A stretch of 64,000 bases of DNA from Candidatus Latescibacterota bacterium (GTDB lineage Bacteria; Latescibacterota; UBA2968; SICM01). The notes beneath the pieces are model-generated. The model was not told where the DNA came from. It searched no databases and saw only the letters and a program-made list of their open reading frames with translations. A program made the translations under genes and the position numbers. Location of the stretch: assembly GCA_965217865.1 (NCBI GenBank), contig CBDCJO010000002.1, positions 3,584,001 to 3,648,000 on the forward strand, read 5' to 3'. Position 1 is the first letter of the stretch, and each line of letters begins with the position of its first letter. Shown piece after piece: positions 31,797-42,690 of the stretch.

Positions 31797-32822
31797 ATGG
31801 AAAAGGCCAATCCTGAACAGCGGCTCCAGACTGTTTGCCTCCTCGTCCTGACCACTTTTGCGGTGGCGGGTGTGCTCTTTTACCTTCGAGGGGTCATGAT
31901 TCCTTTTGTACTGGCCGGGTTCGTGGCCATAGCAATCAGCCCCCTGGTGAAATTGCTTACCCAGAAATGCCACGTCCCCCGTCCGCTGGCCATTGCGGGG
32001 GCCTTTCTGGTCGTGGTCCTGATCTTTACTGTTGCAGGGGGATTTGTTTCCTCTTCGGTAAAGGAACTGGCCGACAATGCAGGCGCTTATCAGAAAAAGA
32101 TCACGAGCCTCTTGAGCCAGGGGATCGCGTTGGTGCCGTATGATCGCTTAGGAATCGGTGAGGAGGAAATTCGAGGGCAGCTCTCCTCTATTCCCGTGGG
32201 CCGCATGCTGGTCAATTTCACCAACGCCATCATAAATATCTCTTCGAAGACCGTCCTTGTATTGATATTCGTGGTGTTTATGCTGATCGGAAGGGAAGTT
32301 GACCGAGAAGCTACAAAGCCCGTATGGCTTGAAATCGAGTCTCGGATAAAGCGCTATCTGGTTACCAAAGTTCTGCTCTCGGCCGTCACCGGCCTGTTGG
32401 TGGGCTCGATCCTGTATTTGCTGAATGTGGATCTCGCCTTTGTATTCGGGTTCCTCGCGTTTCTCCTGAACTTCATCCCCAGCGTCGGATCGATCATCGC
32501 GACGTTCCTCCCCCTGCCTATTATCCTCGTCAGCCCGGAAGGTTCCTGGACGGTGGCATTGCTGGCATTGGCCCTGCCCGGGTCGGTTCAATTCCTGATC
32601 GGAAGTGTCGTGGAGCCGAAGGTGATGGGCACCTCCCTGGACCTCCATCCCATCGTCATCCTGCTCGCGCTGATCATCTGGGGGGTGCTCTGGGGTGTGG
32701 TGGGCATGTTGCTTGCCACGCCGATTACGGCGGTTTTGAAGATCCTCTCGGAGCAGCACGAAATCACCAGGCCGGTCGCTCGGCTTATGGCGGGCCGGCT
32801 GGACGGGTTTTCCGCATCTTAG
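31797..32822 (+). CDS. AI-2E family transporter
   Basis: LNFIPSVGS, EPKVMG.SLDLHP, WGVVGMLLATP. Confidence 0.9.
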   Translation: MEKANPEQRLQTVCLLVLTTFAVAGVLFYLRGVMIPFVLAGFVAIAISPLVKLLTQKCHVPRPLAIAGAFLVVVLIFTVAGGFVSSSVKELADNAGAYQKKITSLLSQGIALVPYDRLGIGEEEIRGQLSSIPVGRMLVNFTNAIINISSKTVLVLIFVVFMLIGREVDREATKPVWLEIESRIKRYLVTKVLLSAVTGLLVGSILYLLNVDLAFVFGFLAFLLNFIPSVGSIIATFLPLPIILVSPEGSWTVALLALALPGSVQFLIGSVVEPKVMGTSLDLHPIVILLALIIWGVLWGVVGMLLATPITAVLKILSEQHEITRPVARLMAGRLDGFSAS

Positions 32823-32850
32823 GACTTCCTCCCCTTGCCTCGGCATAAAA

Positions 32851-33498
32851 ATGGATCGGATCAAAAATCTGTTTAAATCGGATCAGCCGATCAGGTGGTT
32901 GTTCTACGGCGACAGCATCACCCATGGCGCCACGCATACGTTCGGCCAGCGGGATTATACTCAGCTGTTTGCCGAACGGGTTAGGGCCGAGATGGGACGT
33001 CCCATGGATGTGGTGATCAACACCGCGATCAGCAGCAACACGACTCTGGATCTGCTCGAGGGTTTTGACTGGCGGGTGGCACAGTTCCGGCCGCACGTGG
33101 TATTTTTGATGATCGGAATGAACGATTGTTCGGACCAGCGAGAGATCGGGCCGGAGGTGTTCGAAAAAAATCTTATCAAACTCGTTGAAAAGATCGAATC
33201 GATTCGATCACAAGCTGTTCTCCAAACGACATGCCCGGTCCTTCCGGGAACCCGTCCCGACCGGGAGCCACACTTCGATCTTTACATGGATAAGATTCGG
33301 CGGGTGGCCGGATCGAGAGGGATTCCCCTGATCGATCACACGAGGTACTGGAAGGACCAAGCAGACAAACACTTCTTTTGGATGAGTAACGCCTTCCACC
33401 CCAACGCATATGGACACCGGGCTTTCGCCGCCCTTCTCTACAAGGAGCTGAATATCAGCGATCCGGAAAGCCGTTCGTGCGGGTTTTATTTCCCATAG
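32851..33498 (+). CDS. SGNH/GDSL hydrolase
   Basis: FYGDSIT, GMND, FHPN. Confidence 0.9.
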   Translation: MDRIKNLFKSDQPIRWLFYGDSITHGATHTFGQRDYTQLFAERVRAEMGRPMDVVINTAISSNTTLDLLEGFDWRVAQFRPHVVFLMIGMNDCSDQREIGPEVFEKNLIKLVEKIESIRSQAVLQTTCPVLPGTRPDREPHFDLYMDKIRRVAGSRGIPLIDHTRYWKDQADKHFFWMSNAFHPNAYGHRAFAALLYKELNISDPESRSCGFYFP

Positions 33499-33649
33499 CA
33501 AAGGCCGTGGATCGTCGTTCGTGGATCGTGATTCGTCCCCCCCCCCCCCCCGGGAGCCGTGGATCGCAGCCTAAATAGCAACCCTGGACAGAACCAGTAA
33601 ATCACTAAATAGGTCAAAAAAACGGCGGGCTAAAAAGGACGCCGTTTTC

Positions 33650-34567
33650 ATGTTTTGGCTCAACACGATATTTCGTTCTGGAGGATCGGAACTGGTCTCT
33701 TTCGGGGAATTCCTTGGGCTTGGCTGCGCATTTATCTGGGCCCTGAACGTCCTGATCATCAAGAGCCAATTGCGCAGCGTTCCCCCCGCGTTGTTGAATG
33801 CGGTCCGATGTGGTGTAGCGGCCATTTTCTTCTGGTTGTTGCTCCCGTTTGAAATGCCCTTCTCATACGGAGAGGTCACGTTGGGGGAGTGGGGGCTGCT
33901 GATCGGTTCTGTGGTGATCGGCGATACGCTCTATCTGATTGCGATAAAAGAGATCGGGGTGTCCCGATCCCTTCCCCTAGTCGGGATCCATCCCCTGGCC
34001 ACGCTCTTTTTCGAGCACCTCTGGTTACGCAGTCCCTTCGGGTGGTCCTTTGTGCTCGGGACTTGCCTGGTAACGGCCGGGGTCATCTGCCTTTCCATGC
34101 GAACGAAAAAGTTGGCCTTGGTCCAATCCGGAGGGCAGCCCGTGCGGCTGTTATTCGGGGTGTTCCTTTCGGTTTTGGCGGCAATTCTCTGGGGGTTGAG
34201 CACGGTGATGATCAAGCCCGCCCTGGCTCATCTGACGGTGGTTCAAGCAAACAGCATCCGCTTACCTGTGGTGGCAGCCCTTCTCTTCTGGGTCCACCGC
34301 TGGGGTGAGTCGGGTCCGGGATTAAAAGAAATGGGACGGCGTTCCCTGATCATTTTGGCTGGTGCGGGCATCCTGGGGATAGGTCTGGGTTCTATGATGT
34401 TCCTGACCGCAATCGACCTGGTGGGGCCGGCCAAAACGGCAACGTTGGTCTCGGCGATGCCTGTCTTCGGACTGATTATGTCCGTGATCTTTCTGAAAGA
34501 GGAGGTGAACGGTACCCTCGTGCTCGGGGTCGTTCTTTGTGTGACGGGGGTGTGGTTGGTGCTTTAA
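33650..34567 (+). CDS. DMT/EamA transporter
   Basis: Two EamA halves, about 10 TM segments. Confidence 0.88.
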   Translation: MFWLNTIFRSGGSELVSFGEFLGLGCAFIWALNVLIIKSQLRSVPPALLNAVRCGVAAIFFWLLLPFEMPFSYGEVTLGEWGLLIGSVVIGDTLYLIAIKEIGVSRSLPLVGIHPLATLFFEHLWLRSPFGWSFVLGTCLVTAGVICLSMRTKKLALVQSGGQPVRLLFGVFLSVLAAILWGLSTVMIKPALAHLTVVQANSIRLPVVAALLFWVHRWGESGPGLKEMGRRSLIILAGAGILGIGLGSMMFLTAIDLVGPAKTATLVSAMPVFGLIMSVIFLKEEVNGTLVLGVVLCVTGVWLVL

Positions 34568-34654
34568 GGAGGGGGGAGGGAGTATAAATGGAAATTGCAA
34601 ACTTAAAATTGCAAAATTAGATAAAACCCCTTGAAGATCATTGAAGGCCAGGGG

Positions 34655-35773
34655 CTATCCCATATCCCTTGCCCGTGACAACCAGCGCTCACAATCAACA
34701 CGCTTCCCGCTTTTTCCGGACGACAAAGCCGCGAGGGGGATGATCACCCCTGTCAGAATCGAATCCGGTTCAAGGGGGCCTTCCGGTTTGGATCGAAGCC
34801 ATTCGAGGAAATCGATATGAATCCGGTAGTCAGCGCCGCCGTGACCTCCTTTGGATGAGGGCAGTCGGATTTTCTGGGGTCTTTTCCCATATCGCCAGAG
34901 TGTCACGGATGTCCGCGGGACCTGAGGCCTGCGAGTATGGAGTATGGTATCGATCTGTCCGGCCGTTCCGTTAAACACATAGTGGCGTGCGTAGTCCGGT
35001 CCGGTTGTCGTGAAAAGAAATGTGAATGCCGTTCCGTTCTTAAACAGGCCGGATGCGCAGCAGATGTCGTGACTGGTGGGGTTTTTCTTGTGAGACCTTA
35101 TGCCGACTCTTTTCTCCGGTTTCAAAACAACCCGAGGATTGACGTTCCATACGTTGCACGCGGCGATTCCAACACAACTGGCGGTCTCCGTGTTGAGGGC
35201 ATGCTGGACGAAATCGGTGTCGTGTGTGATCTTTGTCAGCACGACATCTCCGGCCAGGTCCGTATCTCTATAATATTTCCTGAGAAATGAATTACTTGCC
35301 CAGTCGCTGCCCGTGTTGACATGAACGAGGACGCTTTGAACAGATCCGATTTTTCCATCCCTCAGGAGTTTTGTCGTAGCCACAGCAGCGGGGAAACGCC
35401 TGAGATTGTAGCCTACGAAAAGAGGGTAGGTATGTTTGACGACCTGACGATACAGATGAACCGCATCCTTCCACGTCCTCGCGACAGCTTTTTCGAGATA
35501 GACGGGTATTCCCTTTCGAAGGGCGGCGAGGGCCTGGTCAGCGTGCTGAGCCTCCTGGCTTGCCACAACCACGAAGTCAAGCTTTTCTCCTGACAGGAGT
35601 TCCCGGTGGTCGTGGTAGAACCGCTTTCCGAACCGTCTGTTCTCCTCTCCGGTGGGCCGGCGAGGATCTGAGACAGCGATACATTGAGATCCGTGGCTCT
35701 CAAAGCAGGCCGCGTGATATCGACCCCGACCCCCGTAGCCGATCAAACCAAATTTATACTTTCGGTAATGCAA
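34655..35773 (-). CDS. Gfo/Idh/MocA oxidoreductase
   Basis: IGYGGRG, LEKAV, GYNLR, GGHGGAD. Confidence 0.88.
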   Translation of the reverse strand: MHYRKYKFGLIGYGGRGRYHAACFESHGSQCIAVSDPRRPTGEENRRFGKRFYHDHRELLSGEKLDFVVVASQEAQHADQALAALRKGIPVYLEKAVARTWKDAVHLYRQVVKHTYPLFVGYNLRRFPAAVATTKLLRDGKIGSVQSVLVHVNTGSDWASNSFLRKYYRDTDLAGDVVLTKITHDTDFVQHALNTETASCVGIAACNVWNVNPRVVLKPEKRVGIRSHKKNPTSHDICCASGLFKNGTAFTFLFTTTGPDYARHYVFNGTAGQIDTILHTRRPQVPRTSVTLWRYGKRPQKIRLPSSKGGHGGADYRIHIDFLEWLRSKPEGPLEPDSILTGVIIPLAALSSGKSGKRVDCERWLSRARDMG

Positions 35774-35873
35774 TTGGGTCCCTCACCTTCTTTTGGCTTT
35801 TTCCGAACCCAGAAAGTGGCCGATGGGATCGAATTTGCCGCCGCCTCTCACCGTTTCCCCCATGATGTCCTGC

Positions 35874-35902
35874 TTGACATCCTTATTTCAGAGGGTTAGA
35901 TT
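35874..35902 (+). promoter_or_regulatory. Sigma70 promoter
   Basis: TTGACA-17 bp-TAGATT upstream of the SDR operon. Confidence 0.6.
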
Positions 35903-36020
35903 GGATTTTAAACACGACGTGGATCATACTGGGGATGCTATTTTTAGGCTATTAAGATAATCCCATTCACTCAACACGCAAGCCGAAAAGATGGCTGATG
36001 CCTGAATTCGGGCAAAGGAG

Positions 36021-36827
36021 TTGGCCGTGCGTTTAAAGGAAAAAGTGGCCGTAGTCACGGGAGGAGGTGGGGGCATCGGATCCGGTATCTGTATGGTCCT
36101 GGTGAGGGAGGGGGCGGATATCGTCGTCTCCGACCTGAGCCTGGAGGCGGCCAAGAAGTGTGTCGGGCTGATCCAGGAGAAGGGTAGGCGTGGACTGGCC
36201 ATAGAATCGGATGTGACTGTAGAATCGGATTGCATATCGGTGGTCGAAAAGGCGCTGGAAGCGTTCGGACACGTGGACATCCTTGTCAACAACGCGGGAC
36301 ATTACGGAGAACGATTGGGCTCTCCGTTTACGAACCAGACCGAGGCGGAGTGGGACGATAATTTCGCGGTCAACGTGAAAGGCCCTTTTTTCTTTTGCAA
36401 GGCGATAGCGTCTCATATGATTGAACGGAAATTCGGGAAGATCATCAATATCTCCTCGATCGCGGCCAAGCGGGATCCCTCGGTTGTTCCGGCCTATGCC
36501 GCGGCGAAGAACGCGGTTTTAAACCTGACCCGCATTGTGGCCAAGGATCTCGGGCCGCACAACATCAATGTGAACGCAGTCTGTCCCGGGGTGGTCTGGA
36601 CGGATTTCTGGCACCGGCTGGCCCCCCTATACGCGAAGAAGGACCCCACCTACGAGGGGCTCGAACCACGCGCTTTCTTCGAAGAGTTGGTCCGGCGGAA
36701 CGCTCCTTTGCAGCGAGAACAGACGCCGGAGGATATCGGCAACCTGGTCGCCTTTCTGGCCTCGGAGGAGGCCAGGAACATCACCGGCCAGGCCATCCAC
36801 GTGGATGGGGGGATGGCCATGGGGTGA
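36021..36827 (+). CDS. SDR oxidoreductase
   Basis: TGGGGGIG, NNAG, YAAAK. Confidence 0.93.
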   Translation: MAVRLKEKVAVVTGGGGGIGSGICMVLVREGADIVVSDLSLEAAKKCVGLIQEKGRRGLAIESDVTVESDCISVVEKALEAFGHVDILVNNAGHYGERLGSPFTNQTEAEWDDNFAVNVKGPFFFCKAIASHMIERKFGKIINISSIAAKRDPSVVPAYAAAKNAVLNLTRIVAKDLGPHNINVNAVCPGVVWTDFWHRLAPLYAKKDPTYEGLEPRAFFEELVRRNAPLQREQTPEDIGNLVAFLASEEARNITGQAIHVDGGMAMG

Positions 36828-36924
36828 GGGGGCGGAGGTCATGTAAGTGCAAAATGGAAAATGTAAAATGAAACAGGTCGATCCCAAAAAGCCGCAATCC
36901 AAAATCCGGATCTAAGGAGTCTAA

Positions 36925-37590
36925 ATGCCGGAGACCCTGACGTTTCTTCATACCGCTCCTGTTCTCGTTGACACCTTCAACAGGCTTATTGAGGAGATCG
37001 CACCGGATGTCCCCGTGCGGCATATCATTGATGAAAGCCTCTTGCAGGAAGCCCGGGACAGGGGCGAGATCACTCCGGACCTTTCCCGGCGGGTCGGAGA
37101 CCTGATCCTCGAGGCGGTCAAGCAGGATGCCAGGGTGGTTCTCTGCACCTGTTCAACGATCGGGGCCTGCGCCGAGGACGCGAACCGACTCACGGACCGT
37201 CCGGTCCTTCGGGTCGACCGGCCGATGGCCGAGAAAGCCGTTTCCATGGGATCCCGGATCGTTGTCGCGGCCTCACTTGAAAGCACCATCCCTCCAACTC
37301 GAGAGCTTATTATAGCCGTTGCCCGTGAGGCCAAGAAGGAGATTGAGATCGTGGACTTGCTGTGTGAGTCGGCGTGGGAAAGGCTTGAAGCAGGGGATCA
37401 GGAGGGATATGTCCAGGAAGTGGCGAACGAGCTTAAGACCGCTGCTTCAAAGGGGGACGTCATCGTGCTGGCACAAGCCTCGATGGCCCCGGCGACGGAT
37501 CTATGTCCGGATCTTCCGATCCCTGTACTGAGCAGTCCCCGAATGGGGCTGGAGGCGGCGGTCGAAACGTACAAGGCAGCGAAACTTTAA
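36925..37590 (+). CDS. Asp/Glu/hydantoin racemase-like protein
   Basis: FLHT, LCTCSTIG, RVDRPMA, LAQASMA, LSSPR. Confidence 0.8.
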   Translation: MPETLTFLHTAPVLVDTFNRLIEEIAPDVPVRHIIDESLLQEARDRGEITPDLSRRVGDLILEAVKQDARVVLCTCSTIGACAEDANRLTDRPVLRVDRPMAEKAVSMGSRIVVAASLESTIPPTRELIIAVAREAKKEIEIVDLLCESAWERLEAGDQEGYVQEVANELKTAASKGDVIVLAQASMAPATDLCPDLPIPVLSSPRMGLEAAVETYKAAKL

Positions 37591-37634
37591 AAGTGAAATA
37601 AGAGAAATAGGAAATAAATTGTTGGGACCCCCAA

Positions 37635-38498
37635 ATGCGTCGAATCACGGACGAGGAGATCCGATTTTTCGATGAAAACGGGTACGTGATCGTGCCCCAA
37701 GCCCTCGGTCCGGAGGAGCTCGTTCATTTCAAGACAGAATCGAAGCGGCTGATCGATGAGGTCATGGCTGGCGGACCGGCGGACCGGATGTGCAGACGGG
37801 GGCCGGAGGGGATCCCCTACTACCTGAGTTATCTCCACGCCCATCCCAACACCTTTTCCCTTCGCTTGCTCGGCCACCCCTTTATCGGGGATCTATTGAG
37901 GCGAATGGTGGGAGAGGACTTCATCCCGTGTTTTGAGTCCCTCGTTTTCAAGATTCCGGGAAAAGGCTCATCGGTACCCTGGCACAGGGACGGCAATCCG
38001 CTACCGGGTCCTGAGCGCATTTTCAACATCGATATCTATCCGGACCGGTCCACGGTGTCCAATAGTTGTGTCTGGGTGGTGCCCGGGAGCCATCTCTGGG
38101 AGAAGGAACGGGCGGACGAGATGATTTCCCGGGGCCGGAGGAATTTCAACCTCCCGGATGCCGTGCCCGCCGAAGTGGAACCCGGCGACGTGCTTCTCCA
38201 TCACGTCAAGGTCATGCACGGCAGTACGGTCAACAACAGCCAGGAGCTTCGGCGGGTGGTCTATTTTGACAACCGGGCCGTGAGCTGGAACCAAAAATAC
38301 GGATGGTGGACTGAGGAATACATGGAGCTGAGATGCAAGCTTTTCCAATGCGCCCTGAACGAGCGGCGGTCCAGGCCTTACACCGAGGATGATGAAACCT
38401 TCGAATACGTTGTTCCCGAGGGTATGCCCGTGTGGCGGCCAGGAGATTCGATCGATCTTCAAGCAGCCCGGGAAGGGCGTAGCCTTGATATGAGATAA
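37635..38498 (+). CDS. Phytanoyl-CoA dioxygenase family protein
   Basis: VPWHRD, VPGSH, PGDVLLH..MHGS. Confidence 0.9.
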   Translation: MRRITDEEIRFFDENGYVIVPQALGPEELVHFKTESKRLIDEVMAGGPADRMCRRGPEGIPYYLSYLHAHPNTFSLRLLGHPFIGDLLRRMVGEDFIPCFESLVFKIPGKGSSVPWHRDGNPLPGPERIFNIDIYPDRSTVSNSCVWVVPGSHLWEKERADEMISRGRRNFNLPDAVPAEVEPGDVLLHHVKVMHGSTVNNSQELRRVVYFDNRAVSWNQKYGWWTEEYMELRCKLFQCALNERRSRPYTEDDETFEYVVPEGMPVWRPGDSIDLQAAREGRSLDMR

Positions 38499-38512
38499 AA
38501 AAGGAGATCGGT

Positions 38513-39238
38513 ATGAGTCCACCCATCCGTGTAACCGTCTGGAATGAGTTCCGGCACGAGCGGAAAAAACCGGAAGTCGCGGAGATCTACCCGGAAGGCA
38601 TCCACGGGGCGATCGCGGATTATCTTGAAGCACAACCCGGGATGGTCGCCCGGACCGCGACCCTGGACGAACCGGAGCACGGACTGACGGAGGCGGTCCT
38701 GGCAGAAACGGATGTCCTGACGTGGTGGGGCCACGGGGCGCATCAGGAAGTGAAAGATGATGTCGTGGACAGGATCCAGGATCGCGTTCTGGATGGAATG
38801 GGATTGATCTGTCTTCATTCCGCGCACTATTCAAAGATCTTTAAACGGCTGATGGGGACAGGCTGCAGCCTCAAATGGCGGGCGATCGGGGAAAGGGAGC
38901 GGATCTGGGTCGTGGATCCCGCACATCCGATCGCCGAGGGGATCGGGGACTATTTCGAGATCTCCCACGCAGAGATGTACGGCGAGCGGTTCGACATCCC
39001 CCAACCCGATGAGCTCGTGTTCATCAGCTGGTTCCAGGGTGGGGAGGTCTTTCGGAGCGGCTGCGGTTTCCATCGAGGCCGGGGCAAAATTTTCTACTTT
39101 CGGCCGGGCCACGAGACCCATCCAATATTTTACCAGGAAGAGGTCCGGAGAGTGATCTCGAACGCGGTAACCTGGGCGGTCTCTCCAAGGGGGGCGTCTC
39201 CCGTGTTCGGCAACCGTCAGCCACTCGAGAAGTGGTAG
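38513..39238 (+). CDS. thuA: ThuA (trehalose utilization) domain protein
   Basis: [34 protein letters not shown]. Confidence 0.85.
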   Translation: MSPPIRVTVWNEFRHERKKPEVAEIYPEGIHGAIADYLEAQPGMVARTATLDEPEHGLTEAVLAETDVLTWWGHGAHQEVKDDVVDRIQDRVLDGMGLICLHSAHYSKIFKRLMGTGCSLKWRAIGERERIWVVDPAHPIAEGIGDYFEISHAEMYGERFDIPQPDELVFISWFQGGEVFRSGCGFHRGRGKIFYFRPGHETHPIFYQEEVRRVISNAVTWAVSPRGASPVFGNRQPLEKW

Positions 39239-39257
39239 GCGCAGGTGGAGGATCTCG

Positions 39258-40354
39258 ATGAAAGGATCCAGGTACAGAGCAGCAGCGATCGGCAGGACTG
39301 GAGGGGGAGACTACGGTCACGGCCTCCACAAGGCATTCCAGGGAATCGAGTCTGTCGATTTCGTGGCCGTCGCGGATTCGGATCCCCAGGGTCTGGAGAG
39401 GGCAGGATCTGAGACGGGCGCGATTCACGCCTATGCGGACTACCGTGAGATGCTTGACAAGGAGAGACCCAATCTGGTCAGCGTCTGTCCGCGGTGGACG
39501 GACTGTCACCTCGACATGGTCCTGGCCTGCCTCGCGGCCGGCAGTCACGTCTACTGCGAGAGAAGCCGATGACGGCCAACCTGGAAGAGGGGGACCGGAT
39601 TGTCCAAGCCGCGGAAGAGGCCGGTCGAAAAGTCGCTGTTGCCCACCAGGGAGTCTACCTGTCGAGGACCCAGGCAGTCTGCCGTATGCTGGAGGAGGGG
39701 AAGATCGGGGATGTGCAGGCCATATATGGTCACGGAAAGCAAGATCATCGGGGGGGCGGGGAGGATATGATCACGCTCGGCACCCACCTGTTTAACATGA
39801 TGCGGTTCTTCGAAGGCGACCCGGAATGGATGTTTGCGCAGGTCACAACCGGAGGTAGAGATATCGGACCCGAGGATATCAGGGAGCCGACAGAACCGGT
39901 CGGGCCCGTGGCGGGGGACTCTGTCAACTGCTTCTATTCTTTCAAGAATGGCGTGTCGGGATATTTCGACTCCAAGAAGGATCAAGCGGGTGGGGGGAAG
40001 CGGTTCGGTCTGGAGATCGTCGGCAGCGATGGAATTCTGTCCCTCCGCGGGGGGACCGCAGGGGAGGTTATGCTCTATCCACATCCGGTTTTTCTCCCTG
40101 GCGAGCGATCGCAGGGCTGGGAGCATCTGGCCTTCGAGGAAGATACGCTTTCGACCGGCAACCAACTCGCCATAAAGGACCTGATCTCGGCGATTGAGGA
40201 GGACAGGGAACCCCTTTCGAGCGGACGGGATGCCGTGGCCGCCCTTGAGATGATTCTCGGGGCTTACGAATCGCAGATCAGCGGGGGCAGGGTTTCCTTT
40301 CCGCTCAAAGATCGACGGCATCCATTGGAAAGGCTAAAGGAAATTGAAGATTGA
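39258..40354 (+). CDS. Gfo/Idh/MocA oxidoreductase; frameshift near 39557
   Basis: ORF 39258 ends HVYCE; ORF 39494 continues EKPM, restoring CEKP. Confidence 0.85.
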
Positions 40355-40684
40355 ATATTGGGGGACCCTCCAGAAAGTCGTGAATTGTTCAAAATATTGG
40401 GAATTATATACTTGACAAAGGCTATTTGCTTTATCCCAAAATGTTGAGTTTTTTGCGAAAGTTTCGCAGAATGCCCCGTCCTTTGGCCGGAGATCGTCCG
40501 ATTCGAGCGATTTCTTTACCTGATTTTTGATGTCCTGTTTCTATATTTGTCGGCATGGGGACTGCCAACAGATTGTTTGAGTAGACAGAGCCTTCATCAC
40601 TATCATGACTTTATCAAGTATATAATCACCAAAATATTCAATATTCAATGAAGTTGGGATATCCCGCCACAACCAGGTGATTAA

Positions 40685-41497
40685 ATGGACGATCACGAGA
40701 AGTTCCTGTTCGATCTGAACGGCTATCTGGTTCTGGAGAACGTGCTGACGCCGGATGAAGTAGCCGCCTGTAATCGGGCCATAGACCAGAATCCCGACCG
40801 GGTTCGCGTCCGCTCGGAGGAGCAGTCCCTCTCAGGCAAGTCGAAGGCGCTCAAGGGGAAGCAGGGGAGGGGTGATATCTGGGGGATGCTCACGTGGGCG
40901 AAACCCTGGTGCCAGCCCTTCCGGGACCTCCTGGCTCACCCGAAGATCGTACCGGTTCTGACAGAAATCCTCGGTGAGGGATTTCGGCTGGATCACCTCT
41001 ACGGCATCGCGATGGAGGCCGGATCGGAGGGCCACGTCCTTCACGGGGGCGGCACGCATAGCTACCCGATCCACCACTACGAGTGCCGGAACGAACAGAT
41101 TCGCTGCGGGCTGACCGTGGTGGCCTGGTCCCTGACCGACTGCGGCCCAGGGGACGGAGGGTTCGCGTGCATTCCCGGCAGCCACAAATCCAACTTTCCC
41201 ACCCCACCCGACGTTGCCCGCCTGGAGAGGGATCTTGGGGTTGTGAAGCAGGTTGTCGTTCGGGCGGGGTCGGCCATCATCTTCACCGAAGCCCTCACCC
41301 ACGGGACCATGCCCTGGAGAGCCAAACACGAACGGCGCTCGATCCTCTACAAGTACTCCCCGGGTCCGCTCTCCTACGCGGGTGACCATCTTCCGGAAGG
41401 CGTGGCGGAGGACATGGATGCCTTCACGCCCGAACAGCAGGCGGTATTGGAACCGCCCCACCGGATCCGACCCCGAACCGTTGAAGAGAAGAAATAA
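40685..41497 (+). CDS. Phytanoyl-CoA dioxygenase family protein
   Basis: FLFDLNGYLV, LHGG, CIPGSHK, EALTHGT. Confidence 0.88.
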   Translation: MDDHEKFLFDLNGYLVLENVLTPDEVAACNRAIDQNPDRVRVRSEEQSLSGKSKALKGKQGRGDIWGMLTWAKPWCQPFRDLLAHPKIVPVLTEILGEGFRLDHLYGIAMEAGSEGHVLHGGGTHSYPIHHYECRNEQIRCGLTVVAWSLTDCGPGDGGFACIPGSHKSNFPTPPDVARLERDLGVVKQVVVRAGSAIIFTEALTHGTMPWRAKHERRSILYKYSPGPLSYAGDHLPEGVAEDMDAFTPEQQAVLEPPHRIRPRTVEEKK

Positions 41498-41586
41498 AAG
41501 AACCTTCCCGCCAGCTCTCCCGTAAACCATTCTAATATATTGTAATTAAATTTCTTATAGAAATTAAACCCGAGGCCCCTTTTTGC

Positions 41587-41615
41587 TTGACAAATGAACA
41601 AATGTTCACTAAATT
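41587..41615 (+). promoter_or_regulatory. Sigma70 promoter with LexA (SOS) box in the spacer
   Basis: TTGACA (41587) - 17 bp - TAAATT (41610); TGAACAAATGTTCA at 41595-41608 fits GAAC-N4-GTTC. Confidence 0.8.
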
Positions 41616-41660
41616 GTAGACCCGAATAAGTGCTCAAACGTTCAGCTAAAGGGGCTGGTA

Positions 41661-42464
41661 TTGTCATCAAGGGATCTTCCGGCGAAGGAGTCATCGCCTT
41701 CAATCATACCCGGGCTTTCCGCTCACAAGGTGTCCTACCGAGAGGTGGTGAAAAGCTTTGAAGCGCCTTCGGGAAAAAATTTGTTGCTTTACGGGGACAA
41801 ACGGGTCTTCCGTCTGTCCCTCCATCTGGCCGTTCAGGCCATGGCCAGGGGAGCGACCATTGCCGTTGTGGATGGGGGAAATCAGTTTGAGGTCCACACG
41901 GTTGCGCGCCTGGCCAGGGAGCGACGCATCAACCCCGAGATTTTCCTCAACCGGATATTCATTTCACGGGGCTTTACGTGTTACCAGATGGAACAGGCCA
42001 TTACGAACCGGCTGCCGGGATTTTTGAAGCGTATCGATTCGAACATCGGGATGATTTTCGGCCTCCTGGATACCTTCTACGATGAGCAGGCACCCACGAG
42101 GGAAGTCCGAGGGATCCTTAAAAGGGTGATGAAGGCTCTGGAAAAGATGAAGAGAGAGGAACTCTCGGTTCTGCTGGCCTGCACCGAATACAAGGTCCTT
42201 CCCAGGGAAAGAAGGAATCTGTTCAAGGCCCTGAAGGAAGGGATCGACAAGGTTTATCACCTGACGGCCGACCCGGGGGGAAGTCCCAGGTCCGTCCTTT
42301 TACAGGAGTTTCCAACCAGGCATTCGCCTGGGCTTTTGCGGAAGGAGGTTGCCCCCGATGGGACGAACCGTTCCCACCTTCACGAACCTGATCGATTACG
42401 AAATGGCCAGCTGGTCGAAGTACCGACGAGGGCTTCGCAAGGAGGATCAGAGCCTATTCGATGA
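41661..42464 (+). CDS. Inactivated RadA/RecA-like ATPase (ImuA/iRadA-like)
   Basis: No intact Walker A; VVDGGNQFE, IFISRGFTCYQM, GLLDTFYDE. Confidence 0.75.
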   Translation: MSSRDLPAKESSPSIIPGLSAHKVSYREVVKSFEAPSGKNLLLYGDKRVFRLSLHLAVQAMARGATIAVVDGGNQFEVHTVARLARERRINPEIFLNRIFISRGFTCYQMEQAITNRLPGFLKRIDSNIGMIFGLLDTFYDEQAPTREVRGILKRVMKALEKMKREELSVLLACTEYKVLPRERRNLFKALKEGIDKVYHLTADPGGSPRSVLLQEFPTRHSPGLLRKEVAPDGTNRSHLHEPDRLRNGQLVEVPTRASQGGSEPIR

Positions 42465-42690
42465 TCTGTTTCGCGCTGCTAAACGCCACGTCGCTGAGAA
42501 CTTCTACATGATGCGGTCCATTCCATTCGAAAGCATCTCGATGGCGATGATGCTCGAACAGCGGAGACTGATCAAGTGTCTGGAGGACCGCGTGACAGAG
42601 CTGGATGATGCGCGGAAGGAAATTGCAAAATGGAAAGTGCAAAAGGAAGGGCCTGCCCATGTCGAATGTCATCACGGGCTGGCTGTTTGA
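42358..42690 (+). CDS. Small helical PolB2-associated protein (arCOG07300-like)
   Basis: RBS GGAGG; MGRTVPTF...WSKYRRGLRKEDQ..FDDLF...PFESI. Confidence 0.75.
   Translation: MGRTVPTFTNLIDYEMASWSKYRRGLRKEDQSLFDDLFRAAKRHVAENFYMMRSIPFESISMAMMLEQRRLIKCLEDRVTELDDARKEIAKWKVQKEGPAHVECHHGLAV

Noticed and set aside
33537-33551. C15 homopolymer as a phase-variation switch
   Set aside because: Intergenic, inside a repeat remnant, and homopolymer length is unreliable in this assembly
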